The notes: a model not told the origin generated them from the letters alone. A stretch of 64,000 nt of DNA from a candidate division WOR-1 bacterium RIFOXYB2_FULL_46_45 (GCA_001771585.1 MEUE01000001.1:92744-156743); one strand, 5' to 3'; shown: positions 50,182 to 61,285, numbered from the stretch's first letter. Numbers and translations are program-made.

Positions 50182-51470
50182 TTTACGCGTTAATTATCCC
50201 CTTTCTGTTGGGGCTTTCAGTATTTTTAATCGTCTATAAGAAACCGCCGTTATACCTGGCCCTGGCGGCTGCCTATCCGATTGGGATTGGCATCCTGGCT
50301 TTTATTATGTTTCTTCTGGGACTTGCCGGGATTCCGCTTAATTTAATTAATATTTCCGTCGCGGGATGGGGCGTTATTGTTGTTTTTTCTGTGTTTATCA
50401 TAATTGGAAGGCGAGGATTCGAATCCTCGCCTTCGTTTCAATTTCGGCCCATTGATTTTCTTCTCTTATTATTAATTGGCGCAAAAGTGGCTTATGTCCT
50501 TTTGGAAGCAATGATCAAGCCGGTCTTCACCTGGGACGCCTGGAGCAGGTACGCCGCGGCGGCAAAATATATCTTTTTTGACCATAGTTTTAGAACGCCT
50601 GTTTTCGCAAGGACAATGGAAGATTATCCGCCGCTTGTTATCTTCAACCAGGCCTGGATTTTATTTTGCGAGGGATACTGGAACGATATCGCGATAAAAA
50701 TCATCTCCCCCCTGCTCTTCTTATCTCTTCTTGTTATCTTTTATTACGGATTAAGAAGATTTCAGGAAAGGACCACCTCCCTGCTGTTCACTTTTTTGCT
50801 GTCAACTTTGCCATTTATCGTCTTTCACGCGACTACCGCTTATCTTGACCTGCCGATGACCTTTTATTACACCGCGGGGACCATTTTTCTTCTTTTGTTT
50901 CTAAAAGATAAAAACCCGCAAGATCTGCTCGTTTCGGCAATATTTTTGGGGCTTGGCATCTGGACCAAGCGGGCGGGGATTTACCTGGCGGGGATTGATT
51001 CGATCGTCCTCCTCGGTTACCTTGCGATTGAAAACCGGGAGAAACTTTGGGACACCCTGCAATATTTTATTATTCTTGCGCTGATCGGATTGCCGTGGGT
51101 GGTTTATAACAAACTGGTCGCGGTGTCGCATTATTATACGGTCGGCGATTTGGCCGCGGTGAATCCCGACTCTTTCAGCCGGCTTCCGGATCTTTTGGGG
51201 GCTTTCGCGGACAAGATGTTCCATTCGGCCAACTGGCATTTGGCGTGGGCATTGTTTTTGATAGCTTTAGTTTTCTTCTTTAGAAATATCAAAAAGGAAA
51301 AAGCGGCACTGTTGGCGATTATTGTCTTAAACCTGCTGGCACTTATTTACACTTTTATGTTTACCGGAAGCTATCAATTCTTGCTGGACGGCACCCTTTT
51401 TAATAGGGTTATGATGTATATGGTGCCGATTACGGTGTTCTTTGTCGGGTTATTGGCTTTTAAGGATTGA
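50172..51470 (+). CDS. Polytopic membrane protein, GT-C-like (module B1); paralog of 57473-58753
   Basis: About 12 TM segments, with N-terminal similarity to 57473-58753. Confidence 0.45.
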   Translation: MQMIYALIIPFLLGLSVFLIVYKKPPLYLALAAAYPIGIGILAFIMFLLGLAGIPLNLINISVAGWGVIVVFSVFIIIGRRGFESSPSFQFRPIDFLLLLLIGAKVAYVLLEAMIKPVFTWDAWSRYAAAAKYIFFDHSFRTPVFARTMEDYPPLVIFNQAWILFCEGYWNDIAIKIISPLLFLSLLVIFYYGLRRFQERTTSLLFTFLLSTLPFIVFHATTAYLDLPMTFYYTAGTIFLLLFLKDKNPQDLLVSAIFLGLGIWTKRAGIYLAGIDSIVLLGYLAIENREKLWDTLQYFIILALIGLPWVVYNKLVAVSHYYTVGDLAAVNPDSFSRLPDLLGAFADKMFHSANWHLAWALFLIALVFFFRNIKKEKAALLAIIVLNLLALIYTFMFTGSYQFLLDGTLFNRVMMYMVPITVFFVGLLAFKD

Positions 51471-52406
51471 GTCAACCGCGGATAAAACTTCTCCAACCGA
51501 AATATCTTTCAGGCACTTAATTTGAAATGGACACTTTTTAAAACTACGGTTATCCAGAAAACACGGACTGCAATCGTAACCTTTATATAAAACAATATTG
51601 TTTTTTCCGTAGGGACCGGTTTGTCCTGGATCGGTCGGCCCCATGACTGCCACCACCGGAGTCTTAACTGCCGTTGCGATGTGCATCGGGCCGGTGTCAC
51701 CCGTAATCATCACGGAACACTTCTTCAGCAGGGCGGCCAATTCAAGCAGCGTGGTCTTTCCAGTCAAATCTAATGTATCAAAATTAAGTTCATTGGCAAA
51801 GGAAGCGTCTTCTTTTCCGCCAACCAGAACGATTTGGTGGTCATATTTCTTATGGATTTCCCGGCAAAGCTCAATAAAGTTTTCTCGCGGCCAGCGCTTA
51901 CGTTCGGTTTTGGTCCCCGGATTATTGCCCCCGCCGGCGCAAACGGCAACATATTTACCGCCACCCAAAATCTTATCCTCATCCGGCCAGATGTTTTCTT
52001 CGCCCGTCTGTTGCAATAGATTTAATGCCTGTTCAATCTTATGTCCTCCCGCGCTATTTTTTGGAAGCGAAATCCGCTTTTTTGCACCGATAAACCGGAT
52101 CAGAAGGTTCATCCAAAAAGAGCGATGCAGGGATACGGAAAGGTCAAAATTTTCTTTTCTTAAACTCCAAATCAGCGCCGCCAATGCGGGAAGCTTTTTT
52201 TGGTAGAAAATTGAATCGTCAACCGCGATAATCCTGTCGATATAAGGGTTGTTTTTTAAAACATCCTGCGACCATTTTCCGACCAGCCAGGAAATTTCGG
52301 CTTCCGGATATTTTTTGCACAATTCCGGGAGAATAGCGGTTGCCATGACGACATCGCCGATGGCGCCGAGAAGAACAATCAGTATTTTATCGAAATTTTT
52401 CGCCAT
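51450..52406 (-). CDS. GT9-family glycosyltransferase (LPS heptosyltransferase-like)
   Basis: N-terminal ILIVLLGAIGDVVMATAIL and a GT-B C-terminal half. Confidence 0.7.
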   Translation of the reverse strand: MAKNFDKILIVLLGAIGDVVMATAILPELCKKYPEAEISWLVGKWSQDVLKNNPYIDRIIAVDDSIFYQKKLPALAALIWSLRKENFDLSVSLHRSFWMNLLIRFIGAKKRISLPKNSAGGHKIEQALNLLQQTGEENIWPDEDKILGGGKYVAVCAGGGNNPGTKTERKRWPRENFIELCREIHKKYDHQIVLVGGKEDASFANELNFDTLDLTGKTTLLELAALLKKCSVMITGDTGPMHIATAVKTPVVAVMGPTDPGQTGPYGKNNIVLYKGYDCSPCFLDNRSFKKCPFQIKCLKDISVGEVLSAVDSILKSQ

Positions 52407-53310
52407 TGCCTCTTCCCCATTTGCCCGCGTAAAAATCGATTACCCCACAAATCGTGGCCCACGCCCCCCGGGGCTGTCCCATCAATAAAGAGCCAAAAAT
52501 CCTTTTTGTAAGCAACAAAAGAAAAACCGGCCAGAATAAAGGGACATTGATCTTTAATTTTTCCTTAAAGATCAAATGGTTGCGGGTCCGGTAATACAAA
52601 TAGAAAGGGGACCTTCTTCCGCCGGAAGATCGTGCCAGCTTATGATAAATAATGCTTGCGGGATTATAGACAACTTTAAACCCCGCTTCTTTAGCTTTAA
52701 CACAAAAATTGGCGTCTTCATGGCTGTGATAATAATCCTCGTCGAGCATTCCAATCTTTTCAAAAACCTCTTTTTTTATCAGCATGGCACAGCCGGAGGC
52801 AAAATCAATCTCCAGGACATTATCATATTGTCCGTTGTCGGGCTCATTCTCCCCTCGATGGTAAGTAAAGCCGGTCTTTTTATTCAAGAATCCGCCTGCA
52901 AACCAGATGATTTTACTGTTAGAAAAATAAATTTTGGGTCCAACGATGCCTATTTGGGGGTCGGACTCGGCAATTCGTACCAATTCCGATAAAAAGTCCG
53001 GTTTTACAACAGTATCATTATTCAAAAGCAAAACATAATCGGCCTGATGCTCCAGAGCATATTTTATACCGACATTATTGCCGCCGGTAAAACCGAGGTT
53101 TTGCTTGTTCTCAACAAACGAAATATGGCCAAAAGCGGCCTTCAATCTTGGCAAAGAATTATTTTCTGAAGCATTGTCCACCAAAACGATACTGAATTTG
53201 GGATAATTGGCGACACACACGGATTGGATACACTTGCTGGCATCGTCAAAATTATTCCAGTTCAAAATTATAATATATATATTTATATTATTGTTATTTT
53301 CTGAATTCAT
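52387..53310 (-). CDS. Family 2 glycosyltransferase
   Basis: IIILNWNN...VDNAS...LLLNNDT DxD region. Confidence 0.75.
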   Translation of the reverse strand: MNSENNNNINIYIIILNWNNFDDASKCIQSVCVANYPKFSIVLVDNASENNSLPRLKAAFGHISFVENKQNLGFTGGNNVGIKYALEHQADYVLLLNNDTVVKPDFLSELVRIAESDPQIGIVGPKIYFSNSKIIWFAGGFLNKKTGFTYHRGENEPDNGQYDNVLEIDFASGCAMLIKKEVFEKIGMLDEDYYHSHEDANFCVKAKEAGFKVVYNPASIIYHKLARSSGGRRSPFYLYYRTRNHLIFKEKLKINVPLFWPVFLLLLTKRIFGSLLMGQPRGAWATICGVIDFYAGKWGRGNGEKFR

Positions 53311-54004
53311 ACCTTATCGCCTTTGGAAAAACATGTGATAAGAGCCAGCCGACTGGATAAGTCAAAACCCACAGGGGAAACAAAAACCAAAAAAATCTTA
53401 GCTCCAAAAACAATTTGGTAGAAAAAAAATCCTCCGAAAACATCCCCATGACCCTGCGCCAAAATAACGATCCCCGCTCAAAATCTCCGGTCTCGGAAAC
53501 AATCCGATTTCCCCAAAAAAACATTAGCGCCAAATATATGTTTTCAATCCCCCTCTTCTTTGTCTTTTTCAGTAAAATCAGGTTAAATTCTTTAATTAAT
53601 CGCACAATCGCTTCATCTGAAAAAATATTTTTATGGCCAATTTCAATTAAATACGCCGGATGGATTTTTTTTAAAAATTCTTCCGATTTATAATAAGGAA
53701 TCTCAACGATTAATTTGCCGTTCTTCTTCAAACACCTCAAAACCTCCTTAAAGGACGCATGCGGATTGTTTAAATGCTCCAAAACATCAAAAAGATAAAT
53801 CTCATCAAAAAAAACGTTTTCAAAAGGCAGGCTGTTTTCAGCAATTAAAACAAAAGATTTATCTCTATATTTATTTCTTGCCTTCTTTATGTTCTCATCC
53901 GAAATATCTACCCCCCAATAATCTGCCTTCCTGCCAAGATATATTGAGCGGTAGCCGTCCCCGCAACCAAAATCAAGAATTTTTTTTCTCGCCGTCAACG
54001 GCAT
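53294..54004 (-). CDS. Class I SAM-dependent methyltransferase
   Basis: ILDFGCGDGY motif I and an acidic motif II. Confidence 0.7.
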   Translation of the reverse strand: MPLTARKKILDFGCGDGYRSIYLGRKADYWGVDISDENIKKARNKYRDKSFVLIAENSLPFENVFFDEIYLFDVLEHLNNPHASFKEVLRCLKKNGKLIVEIPYYKSEEFLKKIHPAYLIEIGHKNIFSDEAIVRLIKEFNLILLKKTKKRGIENIYLALMFFWGNRIVSETGDFERGSLFWRRVMGMFSEDFFSTKLFLELRFFWFLFPLWVLTYPVGWLLSHVFPKAIRYEFRK

Positions 54005-55428
54005 TGCTTTACCTTCCTGATATAAGACCTGACTTTGTTTATTACAAGAAACAAAACCTCGCCAATCGTGGCAAAAGCATTTCTCTTAAAATTATACAAA
54101 ATGTAAGCGCGAGCATTGCTTATAGATATGCCGGCTTTGGCTTTTTTAAACAAAGCTATAAACTCGCTTTTGGGTATGTCTGTAAGATTTATATTGAGAT
54201 CGTCTACCAATGAACAATCCCAATTTTTGGCTTCTGAAAATTGTTTTTCAAAATCATTATAGAGTTTTGTTCCTGGAAGCAAAACGAGCTTATATAACCC
54301 AGCAACGTCCGGCTTGATCTTTTTCAAAAATCTCATGGTCTGGGCAAAATCTTCTTTAGTCTCCCCCGGCATGCCCACAATAAGGTTGGCCAATATTCTC
54401 AAGCCAACTTTGCGGGTTAGCCCAGCCGCCTTATAATTATCTGCAATTTTAACGCGTTTGTTCATTAAATCAAGCATTTTCTGCGATCCGGATTCAAAAC
54501 CGTATTCTACCTGAATACAGCCAGCCTTTTTCAGCTTTAAAAGAATATCTTCATCCACTGCATTAGCTTTCATCTGGACGGCAAATACGATTTTCCTGTT
54601 TATACCTCTTTTAATTATTTCATCACAAATAGCATGGGCGCGCGCCAGATTACTTGCGAACATGTCATCAGCAAAATAGATCCCTTCAACCTTATATCTT
54701 TCAATAAGATGTTCTAATTCGGCAATAACATAACCGGCCGAATGATAACGCACGCTGCGCCCAAAAACCAAGGGCGCACAACAAAAGCTGCACAAAAAAG
54801 GACATCCTCGGGTGGTAAAAATACTGGTTCCTTTAAGACTCACCCCTCTAATTAAATGTTTGGATTTTTGAGTATATGATCGCATATCCAAAAGCTCCCG
54901 GGCAGGAAATAATATAGAATCCATTTCTTTAATCGGCGGCGGCAAAGGATTTGCAACAACATCTTCCCCTTTGCGGTAAAGAATTCCCAAAATATTCTCA
55001 GCCTTATTTCCAAGCAGGATATTCACAAAGGTTTCCTCTCCCTCGCCCACAACCACACAATCTATTTCCTTACAATCCGCCATAACCTGATGAGACAAAA
55101 TAGTCGGATGCACCCCGCCGGCAATTACTCTTGCCAAAGGAACTATTTTTTTGACCATTCTGGCAACTTTATAGGTATCGAAAATAAGAGGAGTAGTTGC
55201 CCCAATACCAACAAAATCCGGCCTCTCTTCCCTAAGCATCTTTTCTGTTAATTCATCAACTCTTTTAAAATCCATATTATTTTTCCATAACAATAAATCG
55301 CGGTCAAAAACAAAAACCTCAAATCCTAATGCGAGAACTTTTGCAGCAATGTAGGCAATTCCAAGCGGAGGGAAAGAATACCCCCAGTCCCTATTGACAT
55401 TAGTGGGATTAATCAGGCAGATTTTCAT
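53995..55428 (-). CDS. B12-binding (class B) radical SAM enzyme
   Basis: N-terminal B12-binding Rossmann-like domain and TTRGCPFLCSFC (CxxxCxxC). Confidence 0.75.
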   Translation of the reverse strand: MKICLINPTNVNRDWGYSFPPLGIAYIAAKVLALGFEVFVFDRDLLLWKNNMDFKRVDELTEKMLREERPDFVGIGATTPLIFDTYKVARMVKKIVPLARVIAGGVHPTILSHQVMADCKEIDCVVVGEGEETFVNILLGNKAENILGILYRKGEDVVANPLPPPIKEMDSILFPARELLDMRSYTQKSKHLIRGVSLKGTSIFTTRGCPFLCSFCCAPLVFGRSVRYHSAGYVIAELEHLIERYKVEGIYFADDMFASNLARAHAICDEIIKRGINRKIVFAVQMKANAVDEDILLKLKKAGCIQVEYGFESGSQKMLDLMNKRVKIADNYKAAGLTRKVGLRILANLIVGMPGETKEDFAQTMRFLKKIKPDVAGLYKLVLLPGTKLYNDFEKQFSEAKNWDCSLVDDLNINLTDIPKSEFIALFKKAKAGISISNARAYILYNFKRNAFATIGEVLFLVINKVRSYIRKVKQCR

Positions 55429-55431
55429 TTG

Positions 55432-56850
55432 TCAGCCGCCGGCCCTAATCTTGCCATAAAAATTTATTATAAAATTTCTTTCCAAAACCCAAACCACGGC
55501 AAGATAAAGACACAAAAAAAGCAAGGCAAAACCCACAGAAGGCAGATTGAAAAAACTTATCACGCAAAAAACCGGAATGGATATAAGTACAGATGAAAAG
55601 GCGTTTTTGACAATATTTATCTTAATTACCCTGCAAACAAAATAAAACAAAATAACCACAACAACTGCTTCGGATAAAATGGTAGCAAAGGCCGCACCGA
55701 CAAAATCCCAATATGGGATAAAAAACGAATTCAAAATAATATTGACAAAAGCCCCAAAGCCAACCGCCCACAAAAATTCCATATTCATACCAGAAGGGAT
55801 AAGCACTAAATGGCCATATAAACCACTAAGCGCAACCAGAATCAAGCTACTTATCAAAATTTGCAGGGCAAAAACAGAAGGGGCATAGCTGCTGCCAAAA
55901 AAAAGATGAACCATTGCGGAAGATAAAATAATTACCATAAATATTAATGGCACCAGAGCCAAGAAAGTTAGTTTAATATATTTATTTAAAAAATCTTCGG
56001 CCGCCACTCTGCCCTGTACAAATTTTCCGCTGACTACGGGGAAAGCCGTGGCCTGCCATAATAACAAAAAACCAACAATAGCAGAAAAAAGCTTATAAGC
56101 GGCATTATAGTATCCCACCGCTTCAGGATCACTCATAAATCCCAGCATGATTGTATCCAAATTGTGATATATCTGGACTAAAATCAAAGACGCTCCTACG
56201 GGAACAGCATCCAAAAAATATTTCCACCAGTTTGAAGGCTCTAAATGCTTAAATCGAACCGCAATGAAGCGGCTAAACAATAAAACTAGAAAAACTAGGG
56301 AAGTAAGCATGCCGCTTAAAAAATACAGCACGGGAATAAAAACAAAGCCTTCCGGCGACTTAATAAATAAAATAACCATGCCCAGAAAGAGGGTGCCGAA
56401 TAATATTTTAGAAAATGCAATAAACTCCATTTTTTCAAGCCCGGCAAAAACCCAGTCAGAATTTAGCGCCCGATAGAAAATAGAAAGAAAGGTCATAACA
56501 AAAAGCATTCTGATTGTAAATGTCAGAGGCAACAAATACAGGATAACAGTTGAAACGATAAAAACAAAAAAAGCCGCAGACAGCCTTAATAAAAAAATAT
56601 TGATCGAAATAACTTCCGGATGGCTCTTTTTGCTGGCAATATCCCTGGTTCCCAATATGGTCAGCCCCGAATCAACTATAAGCTCAAGATAGACAAAGAA
56701 TGCAAACGCAAAATTAAAAAGACCAAAAGCTGCCACCCCTATAACTCTGGCGATATATATCATCGCAAAAAAATTCAAGCCCCTGCCCACTATATCGCCG
56801 GCAGAGAGCCATGAAAAATTTTTAGCCATTTTTTTTGTTATATTAGTCAT
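55432..56850 (-). CDS. Wzx-like polysaccharide flippase (MOP superfamily)
   Basis: 472 aa with about 12-14 TM helices. Confidence 0.65.
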   Translation of the reverse strand: MTNITKKMAKNFSWLSAGDIVGRGLNFFAMIYIARVIGVAAFGLFNFAFAFFVYLELIVDSGLTILGTRDIASKKSHPEVISINIFLLRLSAAFFVFIVSTVILYLLPLTFTIRMLFVMTFLSIFYRALNSDWVFAGLEKMEFIAFSKILFGTLFLGMVILFIKSPEGFVFIPVLYFLSGMLTSLVFLVLLFSRFIAVRFKHLEPSNWWKYFLDAVPVGASLILVQIYHNLDTIMLGFMSDPEAVGYYNAAYKLFSAIVGFLLLWQATAFPVVSGKFVQGRVAAEDFLNKYIKLTFLALVPLIFMVIILSSAMVHLFFGSSYAPSVFALQILISSLILVALSGLYGHLVLIPSGMNMEFLWAVGFGAFVNIILNSFFIPYWDFVGAAFATILSEAVVVVILFYFVCRVIKINIVKNAFSSVLISIPVFCVISFFNLPSVGFALLFLCLYLAVVWVLERNFIINFYGKIRAGG

Positions 56851-56852
56851 AA

Positions 56853-57431
56853 TTATATGCCGGCTCTGCGCAAACTACAATTAACATTTGTGCTCATCCC
56901 ACCCCCCCAATACCCATCCGCCAATTTATCCGCCAGGTTTAGAGATCGAAAACCGTTCAATCTCTCCCCGCTTTTACCGACAAGAACCAGGGAATCCTTG
57001 TTTTTTATCTCGCCAACACCAAAAACCCTCTCATAATCAAACCCCTTCAATGCCAGCTCGATAATATCGGCCAAATCATCGTTACCCAAAACAATGAATT
57101 TACGCTGCCCCCGGTTATACTCTTCCAAAACAATTCTCGCGATCTCTTCTTTGACTTTTTTGACCAAATCAACCGTCTTTAACATGTAGTTATAGGTTTT
57201 TTTGGCTTTTTCGGAAAATCCCTTGGGGGTTACCATGTATTCAACTTTTTTGGGAGTCAACCCACCGGTCTTGATCGCACCGCGGCGAATTAAGCGTCTT
57301 ATGATAATATTGACCGCGCCCAGCGATAGATTGGTCTTTTCGGAAAGCTCCCGCTGGGTCTGCCGCCCTTTTTTGGATATTTCTTCTATGATTTTCAGCT
57401 CGTTCTCGTTTGGCATGATATGTTCAAACAA
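56853..57431 (-). CDS. Winged-helix transcriptional regulator-like protein
   Basis: N-terminal wHTH (QRELSEKTNLSLGAVNIIIRRLIRRG). The C-terminal domain is unassigned. Confidence 0.35.
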   Translation of the reverse strand: MFEHIMPNENELKIIEEISKKGRQTQRELSEKTNLSLGAVNIIIRRLIRRGAIKTGGLTPKKVEYMVTPKGFSEKAKKTYNYMLKTVDLVKKVKEEIARIVLEEYNRGQRKFIVLGNDDLADIIELALKGFDYERVFGVGEIKNKDSLVLVGKSGERLNGFRSLNLADKLADGYWGGGMSTNVNCSLRRAGI

Positions 57432-57472
57432 TGTTCAATATATGAACATTATAGCGCAAAAGAAGGGAAGGG

Positions 57473-58753
57473 TCAAGGAGTTTTTTCTGTTTCAACGGCC
57501 AAACCAACGCATAAAACAACAATCGGCACAAAATGAAGGGCCGTCCGGTTAAAGGTCACGCTTGCCCCACTGAGCCACACATACATCTCCGTAAACAAAA
57601 AGACCATAAATATCGACAAGACCGCGGAAAAGAGCAATAAGTACAAATATTTCAAATCTGTCCCAAATATCCGGCGGATAAAGATAAGCGAAACAATCAG
57701 CAGCGCAAACCAGGCCAGGTTCCAATTCCCTTCAAACAAAAGTTTGTTGTAAAATGTCTGCAAAATAAATCCAAATCGGCCGGCGATAACATCAAGAGTA
57801 TACGGCACATCGGGAATTATCTTATTTCCGGAAGGAGGACGATAAATAATCCGGCATAAAACCCAAGGCAGGATAATCGCGAATAAAACGCCAAGTGAAC
57901 CAAAAAAATCCTTCTTTTTTTTCTTTTTTTTCCAAAAATAATATCCCAAAACCAGCAAGTAGCCAGTAAGATAAAAGGCCCCCTCGGTCTTCACCAGCGC
58001 CATCAGGCCGGCAAAAAGAAGCGAAAGGGGCAATAGGCCGACATATAAACAGGCCGCCGTGAAATAATAAAAGACCGCCATTGTAAAATCGGCATAAGAA
58101 ATCGTGGCGTGATAAGCCAGAAGAGGAAGCGTCGCCAAGAAAAAAACAAAAAAGATCGAATGGGCGGGCTTTTTGTTCCTCCTTAAAACAAAATAAAAAC
58201 TGGCAAGCATGCATAAAAAGTAGAGCGGATAAGTAATCTTGTACACCTGATCATCCCACCCCCCGCCCACTATCGAAAACCAGGCGGAAAACAACGGAAC
58301 ATGCAGGGGATAATCATTGCCAAAAAAATTAACCGGAAGACGCTCATAAAATATGATTTTAGCCCGTTGGATCCAATTTCCCGCCGCATCCCAAGTATAA
58401 ACCGGCTTGAGCATCGATTCAGAAAAGACAAAAAACACCTGCAGTGTCACCAATGCGATTAATACCCAAAAGATCCAATCCTTCGGCCAACCAAGCCTAA
58501 AGTTAAAAAACAGCCGCTTACGGTTAAGCAGCATAGAAATAATTATGAAAATTAACAGAAAAATAATTATCAATGAACGTTCCAATGGGATTTTTAACGC
58601 AATAAATAGAGTCATAAGTACAGTAAGAAAACCGCTTCCCAGTACAAAGGATATCGCGGCGCTTTCCAAAAGATTAATCTCCTCTTTTTTACACAAAAAC
58701 AAGATCAGTGAATACCCGAGCATAAACGGCAAAAGTAACGCCAAAAAAATCAT
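57473..58753 (-). CDS. Polytopic membrane protein, GT-C-like (module B2)
   Basis: Paralog of 50172-51470. Confidence 0.45.
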   Translation of the reverse strand: MIFLALLLPFMLGYSLILFLCKKEEINLLESAAISFVLGSGFLTVLMTLFIALKIPLERSLIIIFLLIFIIISMLLNRKRLFFNFRLGWPKDWIFWVLIALVTLQVFFVFSESMLKPVYTWDAAGNWIQRAKIIFYERLPVNFFGNDYPLHVPLFSAWFSIVGGGWDDQVYKITYPLYFLCMLASFYFVLRRNKKPAHSIFFVFFLATLPLLAYHATISYADFTMAVFYYFTAACLYVGLLPLSLLFAGLMALVKTEGAFYLTGYLLVLGYYFWKKKKKKKDFFGSLGVLFAIILPWVLCRIIYRPPSGNKIIPDVPYTLDVIAGRFGFILQTFYNKLLFEGNWNLAWFALLIVSLIFIRRIFGTDLKYLYLLLFSAVLSIFMVFLFTEMYVWLSGASVTFNRTALHFVPIVVLCVGLAVETEKTP

Positions 58754-59745
58754 TTTATCCTCTCCAAAATATAGGCCTCCCGGCTAAATTCGGCGAAATT
58801 CCTAAATTTCCCTTCCGGTTTAATGTCCTGATAAACAATAACATATTTTGCTTGCGGTTTAACAATCAGCGGAACCAGATAATACGGCCCTTTCATCTTT
58901 AAAAAATCGGTCGGCGCCCAGGAAACGTTTGAAGGAACCATCAGTTCAACATATTTTTCCCCCTTCAGTTTCTCCCCGCACCACTTCAAAAACTGGTAAT
59001 AATCCCCTCCAGTCAATTGAATATGTTTCTGCTCCAAGCTTTTTCCAAAAAAATCCTGATAATCCCGATAAACCACCCGATAATTGTCGTACATGAATTT
59101 TAGCGACAGGATAACCCACCCTGCCATAACCAGGACCAAGGCTCCTTTTCCCGCCTTCTTCCATTGCCCTTTCCATATCCAAAAAGGGAGCGAAAGAATG
59201 AAAAGCGCTATGGCACCGATATAAACAAATTGGTTAAACGGTTTTCCAAAAAGCGTCGCCGGCATAATTATAAAACAGGTTCCAAGATTCGGCATTCTGA
59301 AATAAAAAAACTCCTGCCAGGCAGCAATTGCAATCAAATAAGGATTGGCCGGCTGGACTTTGATATAAGAAATTTCCGTGCCGGGAGGATAAGATAAAAG
59401 GACCTGGCGGATCGAACCGCGCCAGTAGGGATGCGTTTTCATGTTCAAAAAACAACTGCCATACCTATCGCCTCTCCCCGTATTAAACGGCAAGCTCAAT
59501 CCCCGCTCAAACGACTGAAATTCAAAAGGCATAAAAAAGAAGCGGCATTCGTCATAACTTCTTGTAGTCTTCAACTTAATTTCAACAATCGAATCAATAT
59601 CCGCATCAATATAATCGTAGATTGGCGTGGCCGAAATGCCTTCTTTGGACAACAGCTCGCTTCTCCCCCACTCTTTGGCAAAAGCGCCGCCGGCCAAAAG
59701 CAAAATAAAAAGAAAAAAGAAACTAAATGCTCTTTTCATAAACAA
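58750..59745 (-). CDS. Membrane-anchored hypothetical protein (module A2)
   Basis: Paralog of 49231-50181. It overlaps B2 by 4 nt. Confidence 0.4.
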   Translation of the reverse strand: MFMKRAFSFFFLFILLLAGGAFAKEWGRSELLSKEGISATPIYDYIDADIDSIVEIKLKTTRSYDECRFFFMPFEFQSFERGLSLPFNTGRGDRYGSCFLNMKTHPYWRGSIRQVLLSYPPGTEISYIKVQPANPYLIAIAAWQEFFYFRMPNLGTCFIIMPATLFGKPFNQFVYIGAIALFILSLPFWIWKGQWKKAGKGALVLVMAGWVILSLKFMYDNYRVVYRDYQDFFGKSLEQKHIQLTGGDYYQFLKWCGEKLKGEKYVELMVPSNVSWAPTDFLKMKGPYYLVPLIVKPQAKYVIVYQDIKPEGKFRNFAEFSREAYILERIK

Positions 59746-61285
59746 TTGCCCTAAGATACAGGTTGGAAAACTCCTTCTTCTCGTACAATTTTACCTGCCC
59801 CCGCCGTTCCGCTTCTTTTAAAAAAGCGTTCCATCGGCCAAGCTGGGGGATGCGCTCCTCATGTTCAAACTCCCAAAAATACGGGAATTTTTTATCCAAA
59901 ATTTCAATGGTTATAAAATAGCGGCTTTTTAGAAAATTGGGGTCCTGGGTCATATATGAGGAATAAAAATTAAACCGATCGTAAAAATGGAAAGTCATGG
60001 TGTAGGGAGTAAAATAGTTGCTCTGGAAAGCACAGGAAACGGAAGAACCGGGAGGGATAACATCGTAAAAAAAGTTTAAGACATCCTCCAAATTACTGAT
60101 TTTATTTTCCTGAAAAGGGGGCTTTATAACATAATCGTCGTTATGGGCGTACTTAAACGCTCCGGGCGAAAAAAATATCACCCCACACACCCCAAGAACC
60201 GGCAAAAGACCGTATAAAACCTTTTTCGGCTTTATAAAATCGTTTAACAATGTAAAAAACAAAATATAAAGTAACGGTATAAATAAAGAGATGTAGCGGA
60301 TTTCCTGGTGCTTGATAATGGCGGAGAGGATCAACGGAACCGCCACAAAAACCGTAAGCATTCTGATTGTCTTGTCTTTCCAGTTTAATATTCCGTAAAT
60401 AATCCCCAGGAATAAAAACCATCCCAAAAAAGGAGAAAAGCTGTAATACTTCACTATACCCAAAGGATAGTAGGTGATCTTATCCCACAAAGTTACCGTC
60501 CCACCGTGTGACCAGGCCGCCGTTCCCCAGGCGTAAAACATCATCCCGATTTTCTTGTCGGTTGGAGGAATCAAAAACCAAAGAGCAACTACCGCGAAAA
60601 AACCGGCAAAAAGCAATCCGTATTTCACCCACAACCTTTCCAGTATCCCAAACACAAAAACCGCAAAGCCAAAAACAACCGCGTATTGGTACTTTACTAT
60701 AAAAAGAAACCCCAAAAGCAGGCCGGACAAAAAATACGAAAGGTTCCGGTCTTTTTTCACGGAATGAAGAAAGAAAAAAAAGAACAGCAGGGAAAAAAAG
60801 GCGCTCAACGCCTCAATCATGCACTCCGTCCCCTGTTTCAAAAAAGCGGAAGAAATTAAGACCAAAAAGGAAGAAGAAATCCCGACTAAAACTCCGTTCT
60901 CGCGATTAATTTTTACCGCAATTAAATAAGTCAGAAGCGCAATTCCCAAAAACGGCAGCAAACTGAAGCTTCTCGCAGAAACATAGCTTGGCCCGAAGAT
61001 CAAAAACCATGCCCCCAAAAACCAGGAATGCACCGGCGGCCAAAGTGCTTGCTTGTTGGTGTCAAACCAAAATTGTTCCCAGTTTAAGTTTTTCAGGTCG
61101 GAAAATATTTGCAGGCCGTACAAAGCATGATGCGATTCATCCCAGTAAAATATATCCCGTGGGATAACCAGGTAATAATACGCCCAGATGGAAACAACTA
61201 TTCCCAAAATGAGAATAACAATCAGCCCAAGAAGGTTTTTACGGTCCTGCATAGCCCCTCTTCCAATTGAATCTTCGGCTCCCAT
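59723..61285 (-). CDS. GT-C-fold glycosyltransferase-like membrane protein (PMT/ArnT-like)
   Basis: 520 aa with about 11 or more TM helices and a soluble C-terminal domain. Confidence 0.45.
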   Translation of the reverse strand: MGAEDSIGRGAMQDRKNLLGLIVILILGIVVSIWAYYYLVIPRDIFYWDESHHALYGLQIFSDLKNLNWEQFWFDTNKQALWPPVHSWFLGAWFLIFGPSYVSARSFSLLPFLGIALLTYLIAVKINRENGVLVGISSSFLVLISSAFLKQGTECMIEALSAFFSLLFFFFFLHSVKKDRNLSYFLSGLLLGFLFIVKYQYAVVFGFAVFVFGILERLWVKYGLLFAGFFAVVALWFLIPPTDKKIGMMFYAWGTAAWSHGGTVTLWDKITYYPLGIVKYYSFSPFLGWFLFLGIIYGILNWKDKTIRMLTVFVAVPLILSAIIKHQEIRYISLFIPLLYILFFTLLNDFIKPKKVLYGLLPVLGVCGVIFFSPGAFKYAHNDDYVIKPPFQENKISNLEDVLNFFYDVIPPGSSVSCAFQSNYFTPYTMTFHFYDRFNFYSSYMTQDPNFLKSRYFITIEILDKKFPYFWEFEHEERIPQLGRWNAFLKEAERRGQVKLYEKKEFSNLYLRAIVYEKSI

